From: an uncultured delta proteobacterium
Lineage (GTDB): Bacteria > Myxococcota > Myxococcia > Myxococcales > Anaeromyxobacteraceae
Assembly (NCBI GenBank): GCA_963766715.1
Contig: CAVYBH010000012.1
Location: 712,916-776,915 of the forward strand
Direction of reading: 5' to 3'
Length of the DNA: 64,000 nucleotides
The notes under the pieces are model-generated. The model was given only the letters and a program-made list of their open reading frames with translations. It was not told the DNA's origin and made no database searches. Below are positions 29,390 to 40,514 of this stretch, piece by piece; within the stretch, counting starts at the first letter, position 1, and each line of letters starts with the position of its first letter. Both the position numbers and the translations under genes were made by a program.

Positions 29390-30643
29390 TTGAAAGAGCA
29401 GGCTGGCGGGGAGCGCGCGCCGGAAGACGTCGCCGGGCGGACCGGGAACGGGGAGCGGACGGCTCGGAGCCGCCGATCCCGGCGTCCGCCGCGGACCGGC
29501 TCTGCGCGGAGATCCGCGACCGGGCACGCCAGCTGGCCGAGCGGGCTCGCGGCCTGGGCTCCACCGACCCTGGCGTGGCTCGCCACGCCAGGTCCCGCCT
29601 CCTCGAGGTGGACGCGGAGACCATCGCCGACCTCGCCGAGGACCTGCTCCGGGTGGGCGCGGGCCTGGCCGCCTCCGGGAGCACCTTCGACCTCCTCACC
29701 GGGAGCGTGGGCGCGGGCCCCGGGGAGCGACCGCGCATCCTGATCGCGGAGGACGACGAGGAGGAGCGCGACGCCATCGCAGCCGCCCTGGAGGTCGACT
29801 ACGAGGTCGCGGCGGTCGCGGACGGCAACCTGGCGCTGGCCTCGGCCCGCCTCGGGACCCCCGATCTCGCTGATCCTCGACCTGCGCCTTCCCGGGATGG
29901 ACGGGCTGGGCGTCCTCGATGCCATGCGTGGCGACCTGACCACCGCCGAGGTGCCGGTCATCCTCCTCTCCGGCCAGGCCGACGACGCCACGCGCGTGCG
30001 CGCGCTCGATCTCGGCGCCGCCGACTTCATCCAGAAACCCACCTCGCTCGGCGAGCTGCGCGCACGGATCGAGCGGACCCTTCGCCACGCCCGCCGCCAG
30101 ACCCACCTGCGCACGCTGGCCCAGACCGACGTCCTGACCGGGCTCGCCAATCTCCGGGCCTTCCGGATCCGTCTCGACGACGAGGTCCGCCGGGCCCGCC
30201 GGTACGGCACCTCGCTCACCTGCATCATGGCGGACATGGATCACCTGAAGCCGGTGAACGACGCCTTCGGGCACGGCGCCGGCGATCGGGCCATCGCCAA
30301 GGTGGCCGAGGTGCTGCGCTCGCAGCTTCGCGCCACCGACCTGGGCGCCCGCTACGGCGGCGACGAGTTCGTGCTCCTGCTGCCCCACACCGGCGCGGTC
30401 GACGGGAGCATCCTCGCCGAGCGCCTCTGCGCGCGCCTGGCCACCACCGAGCTCCCGGTCGGGGACCGGAAGGTATCGCTCCGCACGTCCTTCGGCGTGG
30501 CCGAGCTGGGCCCCGACGACGGGGACGACTCGGGGCTCGAGCTGGTCCGCCGGGCGGACGACGCCCTCTACGCCGCCAAGCGTTCGGGCCGCGGACGGGT
30601 CGAGGTCCAGTCCGGCCCGACCGCGGGTCCTCCGGGCAGCTGA
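29390..30643 (+). CDS. Response regulator-GGDEF diguanylate cyclase (indels near 29450 and 29868)
   Basis: RILIAEDD, LILDLRLPGMDG, GAADFIQKP (REC); TDVLTG, RATD, YGGDEF; GGAGG before TTG 29390. Confidence 0.85.
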
Positions 30644-30644
30644 G

Positions 30645-31148
30645 TCATCCGCCCTCCCCCGGCCTGGACGAGGTCACCGACCTCGCGGTGCCGGTGTCGG
30701 CGGGCTCGACGTCCGGGCGCGCCGGGACGGTCAGCTCCACGAGCTCGATGCCGAGCCGCTTGGCGTGATCGAAGATGCGCTCGTCCCGGTAGAACTCGCC
30801 GAACACGATCCGCCTCGCGCCGGAGTTGGCGATCAGCTTGAAGCACGGCCAGCAGGGCGAGGCGGTGGTGTAGATGGTGGCGCCGTCGATCCCCACGCCG
30901 TTCTTGGCGGCCTGGATGATGGCGTTCGCCTCCGCGTGGACGGTGCGCACGCAGTGGCCGTCCTCCATCATGTGCCCCTCCTCGCTGCAGTGGCCGAGGC
31001 CGCGGATGGAGCCGTTGTAGCCGGTGGACAGCAGGGTCCGGTCCCGGACCAGGACCGCCCCCACGTGCTTGCGGTCGCAGGTGGCGCGGGTGGCCACCAT
31101 GCGCGCGATGTTCATGAAGTACTCGTCCCAGCTGGCGCGCCAATCCAT
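30645..31148 (-). CDS. dCMP deaminase / ComEB-family deaminase
   Basis: WDEYFM...RATC...GYNG...HAEANA...PCWPC. Confidence 0.93.
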   Translation of the reverse strand: MDWRASWDEYFMNIARMVATRATCDRKHVGAVLVRDRTLLSTGYNGSIRGLGHCSEEGHMMEDGHCVRTVHAEANAIIQAAKNGVGIDGATIYTTASPCWPCFKLIANSGARRIVFGEFYRDERIFDHAKRLGIELVELTVPARPDVEPADTGTARSVTSSRPGEGG

Positions 31149-31276
31149 CCACCCTCCCGGGGTCGGCCGCGCCGGGAGGGCGCGGCGGGAAGGGCATCCT
31201 AGCCCAGGACCCCGACGCCCTGCCGGCCGGTCCCGGAATTCCAGCGGGCCGCCCCCTGGTGTACCCTCGGTTCAAC

Positions 31277-32806
31277 GTGCCGGACCTCTCGCGCGACACC
31301 ATCATCGGGATCGATCTGGGAACCTCCAACTCCTGCGCCGCCGTGGCCAGCGAGTCGGGCGAGGTGCGGCTCATCCCCTACAAGGGCGGCGACTTCATCA
31401 TCCCGTCCATCTTCGCCATCGACGACAAGGGCAACGAGCTCATCGGGCACGAGGCCAAGCGCCAGTGGCAGCTCAACCCGCGCAACACCCTCTACGCGAC
31501 CAAGCGGCTCATCGGCCGCTCCCCGGTGGACGACGTGGTCGAGAGCGTCCAGCGGTCGGTCCAGTACCGGGTCCACGCCGGGCAGCGCAACGACGTGGAG
31601 CTCGACTGCCACGGCCGTTCCTTCCAGGTCTCGGAGGTGGCTTCCCGCATCCTGGCCAAGATCCGGGACGTGGCCTCCGACAACCTCGGGTTCCGGGTGG
31701 CCCGCGCGGTGGTCACCGTCCCCGCCTACTTCACCGACCGGCAGCGACAGGCCGTGAAGGAGGCCGGCAAGCTGGTGGGGCTCGAGGTGGTGCGGATCAT
31801 CAACGAGCCCACCGCGGCGGCCCTCGCCTACGGGCTCGGCAAGCACCTGCGCGAGCGCGTGCTGGTCTACGACCTGGGCGGCGGAACCTTCGACGTCTCC
31901 ATCATCGACATCCGGGATCGCGTCTTCGAGGTGAAGGCCACCGCCGGCGACATCTTCCTGGGCGGCATCGACTTCGACAACGCCATGATCGCCTACGTGC
32001 TGGCCGACTTCCGGCGCCAGCACGGCGTGGACCTGTCCTCCGACCCGGTCGCCATGCAGCGCATCAAGGACCTGGCCGAGCGCACCAAGATCGACCTCTC
32101 CGCGCGCACCGAGGTCCCCTTCTCCATCCCCTTCATCACCATGACGCCGCAGGGGCAGCCGCTCAACATCGACATGCGGTTCGACCGGGCGCTCCTCGAG
32201 CAGCTCACCGAGCCGCTGCTCGACCGGACCATGGAGATCCTGGCGCGGGTGCTCACCGACGCGGGCATCTCCACCGGCGAGATCGACAAGGTGATGCTGG
32301 TCGGCGGCCAGACCCGCATGCCGGCCATCCAGGAGCGGCTGACCGCCTTCTTCGGGCGGCCGCCGTCGAAGGGCGTCCACCCCGACGAGGCCGTCGCCAT
32401 CGGCGCGGCGCTCTACGGCTGGTCGCTCTCCGCCGGCGGCGAGCAGCGACTGCAGCTGCTCGACGTCATCCCCATGGCCATCGGCATCGAGCAGGCCGGC
32501 GGCGAGACCCACGTGGTCTTCGGCCACAACGCCGCCATCCCGAACGCGCGCGCCCTCTCCGCCACCAACTCCCGCGACGGCCAGACCGAGCTGGTCCTGC
32601 GCATCGTCCAGGGAGACCATCCCGAGGCGGCCCGCAACGAGACGCTCGGGGAGTTCACCTTCAGCGGCGTTCGCCCCAGCCCGGCCGGCGAGGTCCGCCT
32701 CGAGATCCTCTTCGAGGTGAACGTGGAGGGGATCCTCTCGGTCCACGCCCGCGACCTGGACACCGGCCGCGAGATGAAGACCACCGTGCGCGTCACCCAG
32801 TCCTGA
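31277..32806 (+). CDS. Hsp70-family protein lacking the helical lid
   Basis: [38 protein letters not shown]; ends just after the beta substrate-binding subdomain. Confidence 0.92.
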   Translation: MPDLSRDTIIGIDLGTSNSCAAVASESGEVRLIPYKGGDFIIPSIFAIDDKGNELIGHEAKRQWQLNPRNTLYATKRLIGRSPVDDVVESVQRSVQYRVHAGQRNDVELDCHGRSFQVSEVASRILAKIRDVASDNLGFRVARAVVTVPAYFTDRQRQAVKEAGKLVGLEVVRIINEPTAAALAYGLGKHLRERVLVYDLGGGTFDVSIIDIRDRVFEVKATAGDIFLGGIDFDNAMIAYVLADFRRQHGVDLSSDPVAMQRIKDLAERTKIDLSARTEVPFSIPFITMTPQGQPLNIDMRFDRALLEQLTEPLLDRTMEILARVLTDAGISTGEIDKVMLVGGQTRMPAIQERLTAFFGRPPSKGVHPDEAVAIGAALYGWSLSAGGEQRLQLLDVIPMAIGIEQAGGETHVVFGHNAAIPNARALSATNSRDGQTELVLRIVQGDHPEAARNETLGEFTFSGVRPSPAGEVRLEILFEVNVEGILSVHARDLDTGREMKTTVRVTQS

Positions 32807-32827
32807 GGGACCGGGCGCCCGGCGCGA

Positions 32828-34105
<1,278 letters not shown>

Positions 34106-34202
34106 TCGGCCCTCTCCACGGGATGCTACACCAGAGGCGGGGCCTACCCAAGGAACCTCGCCGGGAAGAATCCTAACCGGGCGCCGGACGTCGCGCCGCA
34201 GG

Positions 34203-34820
34203 TCATTCTCCGGCCAGCCGCTCGAGCGCGTCGGCCAGGTCCCGGGCTGCGCGACGCAGCGCAGCGGGGATCTCCTTCTCTCCCTCGCAGGCCTCGGCGA
34301 GCCGCCTCGCGGCGCTGGCGATGCGTCCCACCCGCTCCTCCGGGGAGGGCGCCGGCGGACGCGGCGCCGGGCCGAACCGCTCGGCGATGGCCCGGTTCAC
34401 CTCGGTTCGCCCCGCCTCGCCGTCCATCACCCCGCCCCGGAGCTCGCCCCAGGTCTCCCCGTCCATCCTGCCCGCCGCCTCGGCGCGGGAGAGCACCTCG
34501 ATCACCTCGAAGGGCGGCGCCGAGCGGACGTCGCGGGCCCGCGCCAGCTCCGGCTCGTGGCGTTCCAGGAACCCGTAGGAGAGCGCCAGCTTCTCGGCCG
34601 TGGCGCGTCGCAGGAAGAGCTCCTTCGTGCAGTAGTCCTCGAAGCTGGGGTGGCCCCACTCGCGCCAGGCCTCCTCGCGACGGACCTGGGCGAGCATGCG
34701 CCCCAGGTCCACCCAGGAAGCCTTGAAACGCCGTGCGCTCTCCAGGACCTTGCGGCGGAGCGACCCCTCGGGCAGCTCGCCGATTCGCGCATCCAGCCGG
34801 GAGACGGCTGCGGTTCCCAC
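34203..34820 (-). CDS. Hypothetical helical protein upstream of clpX
   Basis: GAGG before GTG 34820; FKASWVDLG...[17 protein letters not shown]. Confidence 0.65.
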   Translation of the reverse strand: MGTAAVSRLDARIGELPEGSLRRKVLESARRFKASWVDLGRMLAQVRREEAWREWGHPSFEDYCTKELFLRRATAEKLALSYGFLERHEPELARARDVRSAPPFEVIEVLSRAEAAGRMDGETWGELRGGVMDGEAGRTEVNRAIAERFGPAPRPPAPSPEERVGRIASAARRLAEACEGEKEIPAALRRAARDLADALERLAGE

Positions 34821-34890
34821 GTGTCCTCGCCTCCTCGCCCCGGTCCGGCGCCATGGCGCCGCCGACGGGGGCGTGCGAACGTAGCACGCC

Positions 34891-35748
34891 ATGGAGAAGC
34901 GACGGTACGCGATGCGGATCGCCTACGACGGCGGCGCGTTCCGGGGCTTCCAGCGCCAGCCCGGCCTGCCCACGGTCGAGCAGGCCCTCCTCGACGCGCT
35001 CGCGCCGCTCCGGATCGCCCCGCGCCTCGAGGTGGCGGCCCGCACCGACGCCGGGGTCCACGCGCTCTCGCAGTTCGTGAGCTTCTGGGCCCGGGCGGAG
35101 CTCGAGCCCGGCGCCCTGCGGGCCGCGGTGAACCAGGGGGCGCCGCCTGGCCTCACCTGCCTCGACGCCTGGCGCGCACCGGCTTCCTTCCACGCCCGGG
35201 CGAGCGCGATCTCCCGGACGTACTTCTACCTGGTGGGGCTCGAGCCCCTGGACGGGCTCGCCGGGCGCGCCTGGCAACTCCCCGACGAGCGGGCCTTCGC
35301 CGGTGCGCGCGCGAGCCAGCTGGACCTCGGGGCCATGTCGGAGGCGCTCGCCGCGGCGGTCGGCGAGCACGACTTCGTGGGATTCGCGCGACCGGGAGAG
35401 CAGCGCGGGACGGTGCGGACGCTGCTGCGCGCCGGGGTCACGAAGGCGGACTGGGGGCCGCTCTACTGCCTCGGCCTCACCGGGCGCGGCTTCCTCCGGG
35501 CCCAGGTGCGAAACCTGGTGGGCACGGTGGTGGCGGTGGGGCTGGGACTCGCCCCCGCGTCGAAGGTCCAGGACCTCCTCCGCGCGCGGGAGCGATATCG
35601 CGGGGTGCGGGCTCCGGCGTGGGGGCTTACCCTCTCGAGGGTGGCCTACCCGCCGGAGGCCCTCCCTCTTCAGGGTGAGGCGGAGTCGCCGCTGGGAGAC
35701 GTGTCACCGTACTTGGCGAGCAGGTCCGAGACGGCCTCGCGGAGGTAG
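34891..35748 (+). CDS. truA: tRNA pseudouridine(38-40) synthase
   Basis: IAYDGGAFRGFQRQ, ARTDAGVHA, FHAR, GFLRAQVRNLVG, APAWGL. Confidence 0.93.
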   Translation: MEKRRYAMRIAYDGGAFRGFQRQPGLPTVEQALLDALAPLRIAPRLEVAARTDAGVHALSQFVSFWARAELEPGALRAAVNQGAPPGLTCLDAWRAPASFHARASAISRTYFYLVGLEPLDGLAGRAWQLPDERAFAGARASQLDLGAMSEALAAAVGEHDFVGFARPGEQRGTVRTLLRAGVTKADWGPLYCLGLTGRGFLRAQVRNLVGTVVAVGLGLAPASKVQDLLRARERYRGVRAPAWGLTLSRVAYPPEALPLQGEAESPLGDVSPYLASRSETASRR

Positions 35749-35903
35749 TCGGACTGGCGAATCCGCGTGGCGCGGGCGAGTCGCCTCAGCCGGGCCGCGA
35801 GCTCGGGCGGGAGCCGGATCAGCATGGGCTCGAGCCGCGTCGCCGATGACGCCCCCATCAGGGGGATATGGGTGATCGAACGGGTGATCTCGATGGGTCT
35901 CAT
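35670..35903 (-). CDS. Ribbon-helix-helix DNA-binding protein
   Basis: MLIRLPPELAARLRRLARATRIRQSDYLREAVSDLL, a strand-helix-helix pattern. Confidence 0.8.
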   Translation of the reverse strand: MRPIEITRSITHIPLMGASSATRLEPMLIRLPPELAARLRRLARATRIRQSDYLREAVSDLLAKYGDTSPSGDSASP

Positions 35904-35975
35904 GTAGGTTCACGCCTCCATCTGCGTACGTTTGCCTACACGCTACCACCCGATAGCCCAAAGTCAAAAAATCCA

Positions 35976-36833
35976 CTATTGACTTTTTTCGGGGACTATT
36001 CCGGCCACCTCGTTCATCCGTCCGGAGCGGAACGGCTCCAGGTCGAGCGCGGCGAGCGCGAACCCCGCGCCCCGGACGGCCGCCGCGATCTCCTTCCGGC
36101 GCGCGAACGCCACCTCCAGCTCCTCGGCCGCCACCTCGACCCGCCCCACCTCGCCGTGGTCGCGGACCCGGAACTGGCGCAGCCCGGCCGCCCGGACGCC
36201 CGCCTCGGCCTTCTCGATCCGGGCCAGCCGCTGCGGCGTCACCGGCGTTCCGTAGGGAATGCGGGACGCCAGGCAGGCCATCTGCGGCTTGTCCCAGGTG
36301 GGCAGGCCATAGGCCTCGCTCCAGGCCCGGACCTCGTCCTTCGTCAGGCCGGCCTCGGCCAGCGGCGAGCGCACCTGCCGCTCCCCGGCGGCGCGGTGTC
36401 CGGGACGGTGGTCGCGCCGGTCGTCGGCGTTGAAGCCGTCGAGCACCGCGGGGAGCCCGAGCTCGCGGGCGGACGCCTCGCAGAGCCGGTAGAGCTCGCT
36501 CTTGCAGAAGTAGCAGCGCTCCGGCGAGTTCTCGAGGTAGCGGGGGTCCTCCCCTTCCCGGCTCTCCACCTCGAGGTGGCGGGCGCCGAGCCGGGCCGCC
36601 AGGGCCCGCGCCTCGGCCCGCTCGGCCTGGGGGACGCTGGGAGAATGCGCGGTGAGGGCGACGGCGCGGTCGCCGAGGACCTCCCGCGCCACGGCCAGGA
36701 CCAGCGTCGAGTCGACGCCGGCGGAGAAGGCGACGAGCGCCCCCTCCGTGCCGCGCACGATCTCCTTCACCTGCTCGAGCCAATCGCGGGACCGCTCGCG
36801 GATCCGCGCCCGGTCCTCCTGCGTGAACGCCAT
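35976..36833 (-). CDS. larE: LarE-family ATP-dependent sulfur transferase
   Basis: PP-loop AFSAGVDS, RCYFCK, DG-N-DD--D-RPG, ACLASRIPYG, FRVRDHG. Confidence 0.92.
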   Translation of the reverse strand: MAFTQEDRARIRERSRDWLEQVKEIVRGTEGALVAFSAGVDSTLVLAVAREVLGDRAVALTAHSPSVPQAERAEARALAARLGARHLEVESREGEDPRYLENSPERCYFCKSELYRLCEASARELGLPAVLDGFNADDRRDHRPGHRAAGERQVRSPLAEAGLTKDEVRAWSEAYGLPTWDKPQMACLASRIPYGTPVTPQRLARIEKAEAGVRAAGLRQFRVRDHGEVGRVEVAAEELEVAFARRKEIAAAVRGAGFALAALDLEPFRSGRMNEVAGIVPEKSQ

Positions 36834-36842
36834 GCTGCGATT

Positions 36843-37604
36843 CTACCCGCGGCGACCCTTCGCCGCCGCCTTCGCCTTCGCGGGCGGCTTCGGGGATGGC
36901 TTGGCGGGCGCCTTCTTCGCGGGAGCCTTGGCGGGCGCCTTGGCAGGAGCCTTCGCGGGGGCCTTGGCCTCCGGCTTCTTCGCGCCCTTGGCGGGAGCGG
37001 CCACCGCGCCCTTCGCGCCGCCCCGCTTCGGGCGGAGGCCGCCGGTGAGCAGCGCGAACTCGGCCGGGGTGACGTACTTCATGTCGACGAGCTTCTGGAA
37101 GAGCCGGCCCAGCGCCGCGTCGGGCTTCTCCTGGTCGGTGCGGACGACCAGCTCGGCGTGGGTGGGCGGCTCGTACGGATCGTCGATGCCGGCGACGTTG
37201 GTGAGCTCGTGGGCCAGCGCCTTGCGGTACATGCCCTCGGTGTCGCGGGCCAGCAAGGTCTCCATGGGCGCGTCGACGAACAGCTCGACGAAGCGGCGGA
37301 CGTCGCGCCGGATGGCGTCCCGCGCGTCGCGGAACGGGGACAGGGAGGCCACCACCACCACCGCGCCGTGGCGCACCAGCATCCGGGCGACCGCCCCGAT
37401 GCGGCGCACGGCCGTGTCCCGATCCTCCTTGGACACGCCCAGGCCCCGGGTGAGGATCTCGTTCGCGGAGTCGCCGTCGATCACCTCGGCGGGACGACCG
37501 GCGGCGGCGAACCGCTTTCCGAGGTGGTTGGCGAGGGTGGTCTTTCCCGCACCCGTCATCCCGGTGAGCCAGATGACGAACCCCGCCCCTTGCGACTGAT
37601 CCAT
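36843..37604 (-). CDS. cysC: Adenylyl-sulfate kinase with Lys/Ala/Pro-rich tail
   Basis: IWLTGMTGAGKTT, DGD, ARDTEGMY, GIDDPYEPP. Confidence 0.9.
   Translation of the reverse strand: MDQSQGAGFVIWLTGMTGAGKTTLANHLGKRFAAAGRPAEVIDGDSANEILTRGLGVSKEDRDTAVRRIGAVARMLVRHGAVVVVASLSPFRDARDAIRRDVRRFVELFVDAPMETLLARDTEGMYRKALAHELTNVAGIDDPYEPPTHAELVVRTDQEKPDAALGRLFQKLVDMKYVTPAEFALLTGGLRPKRGGAKGAVAAPAKGAKKPEAKAPAKAPAKAPAKAPAKKAPAKPSPKPPAKAKAAAKGRRG
36905..36970 (-). repeat. Imperfect 12-nt coding repeat (AKAP units) in the cysC tail
   Basis: EAKAPAKAPAKAPAKAPAKKAPAK. Confidence 0.8.
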
Positions 37605-37722
37605 GCGCCCTCCCTGGTTTCACCCAACGGCGAACGCGCAATATACCGGAAGTCGCTGGAGAAAGCGCCGACTCGGGCGGGGCGCGATTTCGCTTTCCGT
37701 GCGCGCGCCTCGACGCGACGCG

Positions 37723-38177
37723 CTATCCGGTGCGGAGCCAGGCCACTGCGCGGAACGCCCCGTCCTGCCATTGAAATACCTGGATTTCCGTGACTTTTCC
37801 GGATCGGGTCCCGATCACGATCTGGTCCACGCCGCCCAGGACCGGCGCGCCGTCCAGAGCGCCTCCGCGACGTCCACCTCGGACAGGCGCGCCGCGGCGT
37901 CCACGTGGGAGTGATAGACGGCGGCGATCCGACCGCCGTCGCGCCGCAGGCGGCGGGAGAGCGCGAGGTGCGCCGCCGGGTCGGCCAGGTAGGCGCGGCG
38001 GGCGTCCCCCGGGGCCCCGGGAGCCCATTCCCGCTCGCCGGCGACGTTGCGGGCGGGCACCACCTCCACCTCCCCATCCGGGGCGACCGTGACGAAGCCG
38101 CACACCTCCCGGGCCGGATTGGCCTCCGCGAGGGCGACGAGCCGGGCGGCGACGGGCGCGTAATCGACGGCGGCCAC
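37723..38177 (-). CDS. JAB/JAMM (M67) metalloprotease (indel near 37856)
   Basis: EVCG...HSH-x7-S-x2-D (HSHVDAAARLSEVD); C-terminus continues in the 37723..38103 frame. Confidence 0.9.
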
Positions 38178-38190
38178 GCCGGGGCGCCGA

Positions 38191-38892
38191 TCAGGGGAAG
38201 GCCGGCGCGGAGGCCGGGGCGTTGCAGGCGCAGCCGGCCTGGCGCGCCGTGGCCCGGGTCAGCGGCGTGCCGCGAAAGATCTCGATCCGCCGGTTGCGGG
38301 GCTCCTGCGCGGTGCCCGAGAGGAGCAGGACGAGCTCCAGGGCGGCGAGTGCACCGACCGTGGCAGCGCCCTCCGGGGTCGGCGGGGCGCCGAGCCCCGG
38401 GCGCGTCGCACAGGCGTAGCAGGGCGCGCCGGTAGGGACCGTCGTCGCGGCACCGCCTTGCCCGTCGACGTCCGCCACCACATGGGGGAGTTGCAGGAGC
38501 CTCGCCTCCTCGGCGATGGCCCTCGACACCTCCGCGGTGGCACCGCAGACGAGGAGCGCCGTGGGGCGTGACCCGGGGCGGAACACCTCGACCTTCACGA
38601 GCGAGCTCGCCGCCGCTGCGAACTCGGCAGAGGCCGCTCCCCGGGGGCGGCCGACCTCGGCTGGCCCGAGCGCCCACCCCGCGCCGTCGCCCGCCGCGAC
38701 CGCGTCGGGGTCGTCGAGCCAGACCGTACCCACGCCGGCGGCCGCGAGGTAGTAGAGGGCCGGAACGGTGGCGAGCCCGCCGCCGACCACGCGCACGCGT
38801 GCGCCTCGAAGTCGCTCCTGCGCCTCCTCTCCCATGCCGGGGAGGATCAGCTGCCGGGCGTACCGAGCCACCTCGGCTTCGTTCAGGGCCAT
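38191..38892 (-). CDS. ThiF/MoeB-like protein with degenerate active site
   Basis: [20 protein letters not shown]-terminus and [12 protein letters not shown]; lacks GxGxxG, SNLxRQ and the catalytic Cys. Confidence 0.85.
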   Translation of the reverse strand: MALNEAEVARYARQLILPGMGEEAQERLRGARVRVVGGGLATVPALYYLAAAGVGTVWLDDPDAVAAGDGAGWALGPAEVGRPRGAASAEFAAAASSLVKVEVFRPGSRPTALLVCGATAEVSRAIAEEARLLQLPHVVADVDGQGGAATTVPTGAPCYACATRPGLGAPPTPEGAATVGALAALELVLLLSGTAQEPRNRRIEIFRGTPLTRATARQAGCACNAPASAPAFP

Positions 38893-39158
38893 GTCCGCTC
38901 CTCCGCCAAGGGGCCCCGCTCCAGCCAGGCCCTCCACGTTCCCTCGCCCTCCTCCGGCGCAGCCTCGAGGCGGAGCACCCGGTGCCCATCCTCCGCCGCG
39001 CTCCGGGGCACGTTCTCGCGAGGCTCCCCCTCCCTCAGCAGCACCTCGAGGACCTCTCCCTCGTGGAGCCGCCCCAGGGCGATCCGGGCCTTCACCCAGG
39101 TCAGCGGGCAGGCGTGGGGACGGATGTCGATCCGCGCGGCCGGCACGCGGTCGGTCAT
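38883..39158 (-). CDS. TusA/SirA-family sulfur carrier
   Basis: [32 protein letters not shown]...[14 protein letters not shown] overlaps the upstream stop. Confidence 0.9.
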   Translation of the reverse strand: MTDRVPAARIDIRPHACPLTWVKARIALGRLHEGEVLEVLLREGEPRENVPRSAAEDGHRVLRLEAAPEEGEGTWRAWLERGPLAEERTWP

Positions 39159-39863
39159 CCCGGCTCCTGCGTCGCGCCGGCGAGCGCGCTGCAGACCGGG
39201 CAGCCGGGCCGGACGCGCAGCGGGACGAGCCGCGTGCGCCCCGAACGACCGTCGAAGGTCACGAGCCGCCCGGCGTAGGCGCCCCGCTCGCCCGCGAGCA
39301 GGCGGAGGGCCTCGGCGCCCATCAGGCCGCCCGCGAAGCCCGCCAGCGCCCCCAGCACGCCGGCCTGTGCGCAGGTGGGAACCGTCCCCTCGGCGGGCGG
39401 CGCCTCGAAGAGGCAGCGCAGGCACCCGGTCTTGCCGGGCATGACGGTCAGGAACTGGGCCGAGTAGCGCAGCACGCCGCCGTGCACGAGCGGCCGCCGC
39501 GCCGTGAGCGCGGTGTCGTTGGCGAGGAAGCGCGTGGAGAAGTTGTCCGACGCGTCCACGACCACGTCCACGCCCTGCACGAGGGCCGAGGCGTTGTCCG
39601 GGCCGAAGCGCGCGTCGTGCGCCTCGACCTTCACCGCGGGGTGGAGCCGCGCCAGCCGGGCTCGCCGCGGCCGCGGCCTTGCGCCGCCCCAGGTCGGCCT
39701 CGCCGAAGAGCGGCTGCCGGTTCAGGTTGGAGGTCTCCACGGCGTCCTCGTCGACGAGCACGAGACGTCCCACCCCGGCCGCCGCGAGCGCCAGCGCCGC
39801 CGGCCCCCCCAGGCCGCCCACGCCGATCAGGAGCGCGCTCTTTTCCGACGGCGATACGCCCAT
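39155..39863 (-). CDS. ThiF/MoeB E1-like adenylyltransferase (indel near 39661)
   Basis: [43 protein letters not shown]. Confidence 0.92.
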
Positions 39864-39895
39864 GCCACCTCCGTGATCCGACCGATCCTTCTATC

Positions 39896-40267
39896 TCAGA
39901 ACCCGACGACGTGCCCCTCGGAGGCGCCCCGCCACTGCTCGGGGAGGCTGCGAACCGCGTCGAGCCGGGGACGCGCCGACTCGGGGTCGAGGCCGACGAG
40001 GCGGAGCTCCGTGTCGCAGGCCACGACCTCGATGCCCAGGTCCCGCCTCCCCTCCTCGAGGAGCAACGTGAGCGAGCCGACACGGGCCGCGTCTGCGCCG
40101 GCGGGCATCCCGTCGTCGAAGCGCCCCTCGATCCAGGCGCGCAGCGGCTCCCCGGAGAGCGCGACCACGACGGGGTGACCGAAGGCGCCCGCGGTGAGGG
40201 CCAGCGAGACGGCCCGGCGCCTTGCGTTCCAGCCAGCGCCGTCGAGCAGGATCAGGCACGGCTTCAT
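39896..40267 (-). CDS. DsrE/DsrF-like protein
   Basis: Alpha/beta pattern with GIEVVACDT; GGAGG RBS; first gene of the sulfur cluster. Confidence 0.65.
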   Translation of the reverse strand: MKPCLILLDGAGWNARRRAVSLALTAGAFGHPVVVALSGEPLRAWIEGRFDDGMPAGADAARVGSLTLLLEEGRRDLGIEVVACDTELRLVGLDPESARPRLDAVRSLPEQWRGASEGHVVGF

Positions 40268-40359
40268 CGCGTCATCCTCCCGCTGGCCGGTGCCACGTCC
40301 GTCGTCCGGACCTGCTTGCGCCCCGGGCGACCGTCTGCTAGAAACCGACCCGCTTTCTC

Positions 40360-40444
40360 GCCCAGGTGGTGGAACTGGTAGACACACCATCTTGAGGGGG
40401 TGGCGCCGTAAGGCGTGCGAGTTCGAATCTCGCCCTGGGCACCA
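40360..40444 (+). tRNA. tRNA-Leu (GAG)
   Basis: GCCCAGG...TTGAGGG loop, variable arm, GCGAG-TTCGAAT-CTCGC, CCTGGGCACCA. Confidence 0.97.
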
Positions 40445-40462
40445 GAATCGTAGAAAACAAGA

Positions 40463-40493
40463 AAGGGACCCGGCGACGGGTCCCTTCTCTTTT
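40463..40493. terminator. Intrinsic terminator between convergent tRNA-Leu and secG
   Basis: AAGGGACCCG-GCGA-CGGGTCCCTT with T-rich tracts on both strands. Confidence 0.8.
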
Positions 40494-40514
40494 CCGGGCG
40501 GCGGAGCGCCGCCG

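Noticed and set aside
36843..37730. C-terminal Gly of CysC (GRRG) or JAB (LRTG) as the E1 substrate
   Set aside because: No beta-grasp domain or GG motif; a terminal Gly is common in GC-rich genes and the JAB end depends on an indel correction
38883..39863. Apparent E1-TusA fusion (326 aa)
   Set aside because: The middle is off-frame Arg/Gly-rich text; removing one base near 39661 restores a normal E1 whose stop overlaps the TusA ATG
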